From the NCBI GenBank assembly GCA_965198115.1, contig OZ240241.1, positions 5,216,001-5,280,000 of the forward strand: a stretch of 64,000 bases of DNA, given 5' to 3'. Shown here one piece after another: positions 59,755 to 64,000 of this stretch. Both the position numbers and the translations under genes were made by a program. Every line of letters starts with the position of its first letter. Positions within the stretch are counted from its first letter, which is position 1. This stretch comes from Candidatus Latescibacterota bacterium. Its GTDB lineage: Bacteria > Latescibacterota > UBA2968. The notes beneath the pieces are model-generated. The model had not been told where the DNA came from. It saw only the letters and a list, made by a program, of their open reading frames with translations, and ran no database searches.

Positions 59755-62700
59755 ATGCTCCTCTACCTCCTCATCCTCCTCGCTGCCTCCCCAGCCCGTG
59801 CCCTGGACACTATCCAGGTCACCACCCCCGATCCGCTTCTCGAAGACTGGCGCTGGACCGAGTTCGACCGCCGCAGCGGCCTCCTGGGCAACATCAACGA
59901 CATCTTCGAAGACCGCGACGGCAACATCTGGTTCGCGACAGACAAGGGAGCCCAGAAGTACGACGGCTATCGCTGGACAAACTACACGACCGAGAACGGG
60001 CTCCCCCACGAATGGGTCACCCGAATCAGACAGACGCGCGACGGGGCGATCTGGATATGCTCCGGGACAACGTCGTCCACACAGGAACCCTCTGCGTCGG
60101 TAACCCGACTTGTCGAGACGACCGACAGCCCGGAGGAGCTGACGACGCACGTCTTCGAGGGATGGGCAGGCATCAATGGTTTTCTCGAAGCCGAAGACGG
60201 CGCGGTCTGGGTAAATCTGCTCGGCAATCTCGAAGAACTGCACGACCTGCGACGATACGTTAACGGCCAATGGGAGACCGTAGATCAGCCCGCGCGTGCC
60301 ATATTTGACCCAGTCGAGGACGAAAGTGGGCACATCTGGATCGGCAGCGCAGGAGAATCGAGACCGAGTTTGATACGATTTGATGGGGTTCGGTGGGCGG
60401 AGGTCAGGCTGGATCCCGGCTTTGTCGAGCCCCGCATCCAGGCTCACGAAGTGAGCCTGGATGCTTCAGGAAACATCTGGGTACGTCACCACAATGAAAA
60501 CACTGGCGTCAGTCGTCTCATCGACGGTCGGTGGGAACACTTTTCCCTCGCGCGGTCCCGCAGCCTCTGGCACTCGACCGACGGCACTGTGTGGGTCGGG
60601 GGCGGCGGTACGGTTTCCCGTTATCGGAACAGCCAGTGGTTTACGTATCGGGCTGCCGATCTTCCCAGAATTACGTCGGCTGTTGGAGGTCTCGAGGCGA
60701 GCGACGGTTCGATCTGGCTGTGGAACTGGCGTGGAGGCAGAGCGTTCAGGGTCGATCTAAAATCCGCCGTAACTCTCTACGATCACTCCGACTCGCTGCG
60801 AATCGGGCCCGAGGGCTCGGGCCGAACGATGTGGTTCCGCACACAGACCTCCGCGGTCCGTAGAGAAAACGATCGATGGATCGAATACGGACCGGAGGAC
60901 GGATTCCTCGACGGACACGTTGCGAAAACCGCCCGGGCGACAGACGGTACGATTTGGGCGATCGGTTTCCACCAAGACGAGGGATCCGCGGCGAGGTTCA
61001 ACTCGGGACGGTGGGAGATCTTCACCGAATCGGACGGCGTCATCGATACGCCGAAGGCACTCCTGCCTGCCCGGGGCGGCAGCATCTGGGTGATTGGAGT
61101 GCACGAAGGGCAGGGCGCGGTCAGCCGGTTCGTGCCAACGTCAGGATTCGAGCGATTCACCTCTGTGATGTCCGGCCCCGAAGGCGTCGAAACAGCCTAC
61201 GAGGCCTCGGACGGTACGGTCTGGTTTGGTTCCGACATCGACGGCAATCGAGGAACGGGCCTCTATCGCTACGACCCCGATCACACGGAAACGGGCAATC
61301 CGGAGTGGATGCATTTCGACGAGAAGGATGGCCTCACGACAGCTACGGCCTACGGACCTCTCGATGGCAGCGCGAGGGACTTCATTGAGTGGCCCACGGG
61401 CACCCTCTGGATCGGGATGGCGATGGGTCTCTACCGGATCGATCTCGCGGGTCTTCCTGAGCAGCGAACGTTTTGGCAGCGAACCCACGATGCATTCGAC
61501 ATCCTCCTTCCCAAGTTTCAAAACTTCACACCTGCGGGGGATGTGCTCTGGTCTCATCCCTATCACCCGCGAGGCGCCGGTGCGATCCGCTATGACGGCG
61601 AGACGTGGCAGATATTACGGCAGACAGACGGCCTCCCCGACGATGGGATCGTCGGCCTCTTTCGATCGTCTGATGGAGCCGTCTGGTTTCGCGGGACCAC
61701 GTCGGGGCTGAGCCGTTACGAAGCTCGAAAGGATCGGCCCGGCTATGGATGGACGCGCTACCCGGCCGACCGGATTTCCGGCACGACGGCGTCGGGCGGC
61801 ACACCGATGATCTCGGCCGCCGCCCAGGTGACGCACGCCAGGGACGGGAGCTTCTGGCTCAACGCCGGCACCGGTGTCGCCCAAATCCGCTACGAGGAAG
61901 TCGAGGCCCCCGAGACGTTCCTCAAACCCGCCACCGAATCCGTCGCGGCAGACGGCAGCATCCTGCTCCGTTTCTCGGGCCGAACACGCTGGGACTTCAC
62001 GCCCCCTGAAGACCTCTCCTACTCCTGGCGTCTGAACGAGGACGAATGGACCCAGACGCGAAATGCCCTCGTCAGCCTCGCCGCCCTCGAACCGGGCCCC
62101 TACCGCTTCGAGGTTCGCGCTGAGGCGCCGACCCTCCGAGTCGACCTAACACCCGCCGTCCATTCGTTCGTCGTCGCGGCACCGTGGTGGCGCAATCCGA
62201 TCGTCGCCGGCCCTGGCATCCTGCTCATCATCGCCGTCGTCTTCCAGTCGGTGCGTGTCGTCCGAAGCAAGCAACAGCTCCAGCAATCCGTCGACGCCCT
62301 CTCCGCCGCCAACCACGAATTGTTCGCCGTCAATGTCGCACTCCAGCGCGATCGTTCCGTCGAGCGCATCCGAGGTCAGGTCCAGTCGATGGATCGCGCG
62401 GAGGATTTCGAGAAAGTCCTGTCGCTCCTCACCTCCGACCTGAACGAAGTCGGCCTCACCTTCGAATCCTGCGAGATCGACGTCCTCGACGAGCCCGTCC
62501 AGAATCCCACGATGGCATTCTTCGAAACGAACGGCTTTCACTACACCACCTATCGGCTGAACGCAGAAGGCCACGTTACCTCCCGATCCTATCGTCTCGC
62601 CGCTCCCTTCCCGACCGTCAACGAGCAGACCCTCGAACGCTTCATCGACGGCGAACCTTGGCAGGGCACCAGCGAAGGCCTCGCCATCGTCGAGGTGCCA

Positions 62701-63545
62701 GCCGGCGGCTACGGCCGTCTGCGTCTGACCGCCCCCGACCGCAACAGCTTTACGGATGACGAGGTCGCCGCCCTCCGCGAGTTCGCTGGGGCCGTCGCCT
62801 CGGCTACGCCCGCTACCTCGACATCCGCGAGATCCAGGCTCAGACCGAACGAAAGTCCGCCTTCCTCGCCGCGATGTCCCACGAGCTCCGCACCCCGATG
62901 ACGGCGATCAAAGGCTTCACCAACGTCGTCCTCAGACGCGCCGCCGACATCCTCCCCGACCGCCAGAAGGAGAACCTGCAGAAAGTCGACCAGGCCAGCG
63001 ACCACCTCCTCGCGATGATCAACGACCTCCTCGACCTGTCGAAGATCGAAGCCGGCCGGATGGATGTGAACGTCGAAACCTTCGACGTCGCTGAATTGGT
63101 CAAGTCGGCGTGCGACACCGTAAGCCCGTTGGTCCAGGACGGAGTGGAACTGAGGCAAGATCTGATCGACCAGATGGGCGACGTGACAACGGACCGAGCA
63201 CGACTTCAGCAGATGCTCATCAATCTGCTCAGCAACGCGATCAAGTTCACGGAATCGGGAAGCATCACCTTGGTAGGCGGATCATCGAACGGCCAGCTCG
63301 TCATATCCGTCACAGATACGGGCAAAGGGATTCCCGAGGATGAGCTTCCCACACTCTTTGACGAATACCGCCAGGTTGATGGATCGGAAAGCGACATTCA
63401 GAAGGGCACCGGCCTAGGCCTTTCCATCACCAAAAAATTCGCCGAGCTGTTGGGAGGTTCGATCGGTGTCGAAAGCGAAGTAGGAAAGGGCACCACCTTC
63501 ACCATCAAAATCCCAACGGATTATCCCGCCGCGCCCCCAGGGTAG
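59755..63545 (+). CDS. Large sensor histidine kinase (beta-propeller sensor, Y_Y_Y domain, TM, GAF-like, HisKA, HATPase), -1 frameshift near 62799
   Basis: Signal peptide; DxDGxIW repeats; YSWRL...LEPGPYRFEVRA; WWR TM; MSHELRTP, NLLSNAIKF, DTGKGI, GTGLGL; restoring one C gives AVALGYARYLD. Confidence 0.88.
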
Positions 63546-63613
63546 GACTGACCCTCCGGGTCGGGAATGATCTGTAGCGAAGCTTTCGCATCAAGATATC
63601 GAGGCGCTGACAA

Positions 63614-63774
63614 TGTCACCCCGGTACGCTTCTCTTAGGAGCCTGTCCCGCCTGTCCTGAGCGGAGTCGAAGGGAACGAATGTGAGGGAGGGCCCATTTG
63701 ACTTTCGCGAAGATCAGAATGGATCCCCCTTCGACAGGCTCAGGACAGGCGGCTCAAAACACTGCCGGGATGAC
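63614..63774. repeat. Inverted family C element carrying nested hairpin units
   Basis: Ends tgtcaccccggtacgc / ctgccgggatgac match the reverse complement of 54300-54418. Confidence 0.75.
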
Positions 63775-63976
63775 TTCGGTTCTTGCGCCTCTCGCGGTGG
63801 GACTGGTCGGAACTTGTCCCGAGCGCAGTCGAGGGAGACCAGGAACGATCCATCGTGCGTCAGCCAGCACGTCAAATTATCGGGCGCGAACGTTGCACTT
63901 TCACGAGGGTTCGCGGTCAGAGACCGCTCCCACCGATGATGACCAATTTCCTAATTCCCTGATTCCTTAATTCCAA

Positions 63977-64000
63977 ATGCACCTCCTTCTCACCACTATC
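63977..64000 (+). CDS. Possible start of next gene (MHLLLTTI...), truncated by window edge
   Basis: Upstream pyrimidine-rich ttccNtaa repeats mirror those before 59755; hydrophobic N-terminus. Confidence 0.3.

Noticed and set aside
11930-62800. Programmed ribosomal frameshifting or phase variation
   Set aside because: No slippery heptamers or long repeat tracts at the sites, and the affected genes are unrelated.
1-64000. tRNA, rRNA, riboswitch, prophage or defence genes
   Set aside because: None recognisable by eye; weak ncRNAs cannot be excluded without an Rfam search.

Overview
GC-rich bacterial window with about 55 CDS, nearly all on the + strand and often translationally coupled. There are no rRNA, tRNA or CRISPR features. 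It is an accessory small-molecule modification and catabolism region: 9 PhyH-family Fe(II)/2-oxoglutarate enzymes, 4 amidohydrolases, 2 DegT aminotransferases, 2 Gfo/Idh/MocA oxidoreductases, 3 SDRs, 4 acid-sugar dehydratases, 2 GHL10-like proteins, an Asp-box propeller, transporters, SelO, one ISL3 element and a large beta-propeller sensor kinase. This repertoire resembles marine Latescibacterota/Poribacteria-type genomes (inference only). Best leads: (i) a tandem PhyH pair whose HxD iron motif reads H-G-A, the signature of Fe/2OG halogenases; (ii) a two-gene module present twice, a distinct PhyH subfamily plus a small unannotated partner protein; (iii) an orphan TIM barrel fused to an apparently intact methylglyoxal synthase; (iv) two Arg-x-Tyr enolase-superfamily dehydratases; (v) several intergenic hairpin-repeat families nested inside one another. 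Seven single-base frameshifts and one ~0.5-kb deletion suggest an imperfectly polished assembly, so pseudogene calls are provisional. All calls come from motif reading; no searches were run.
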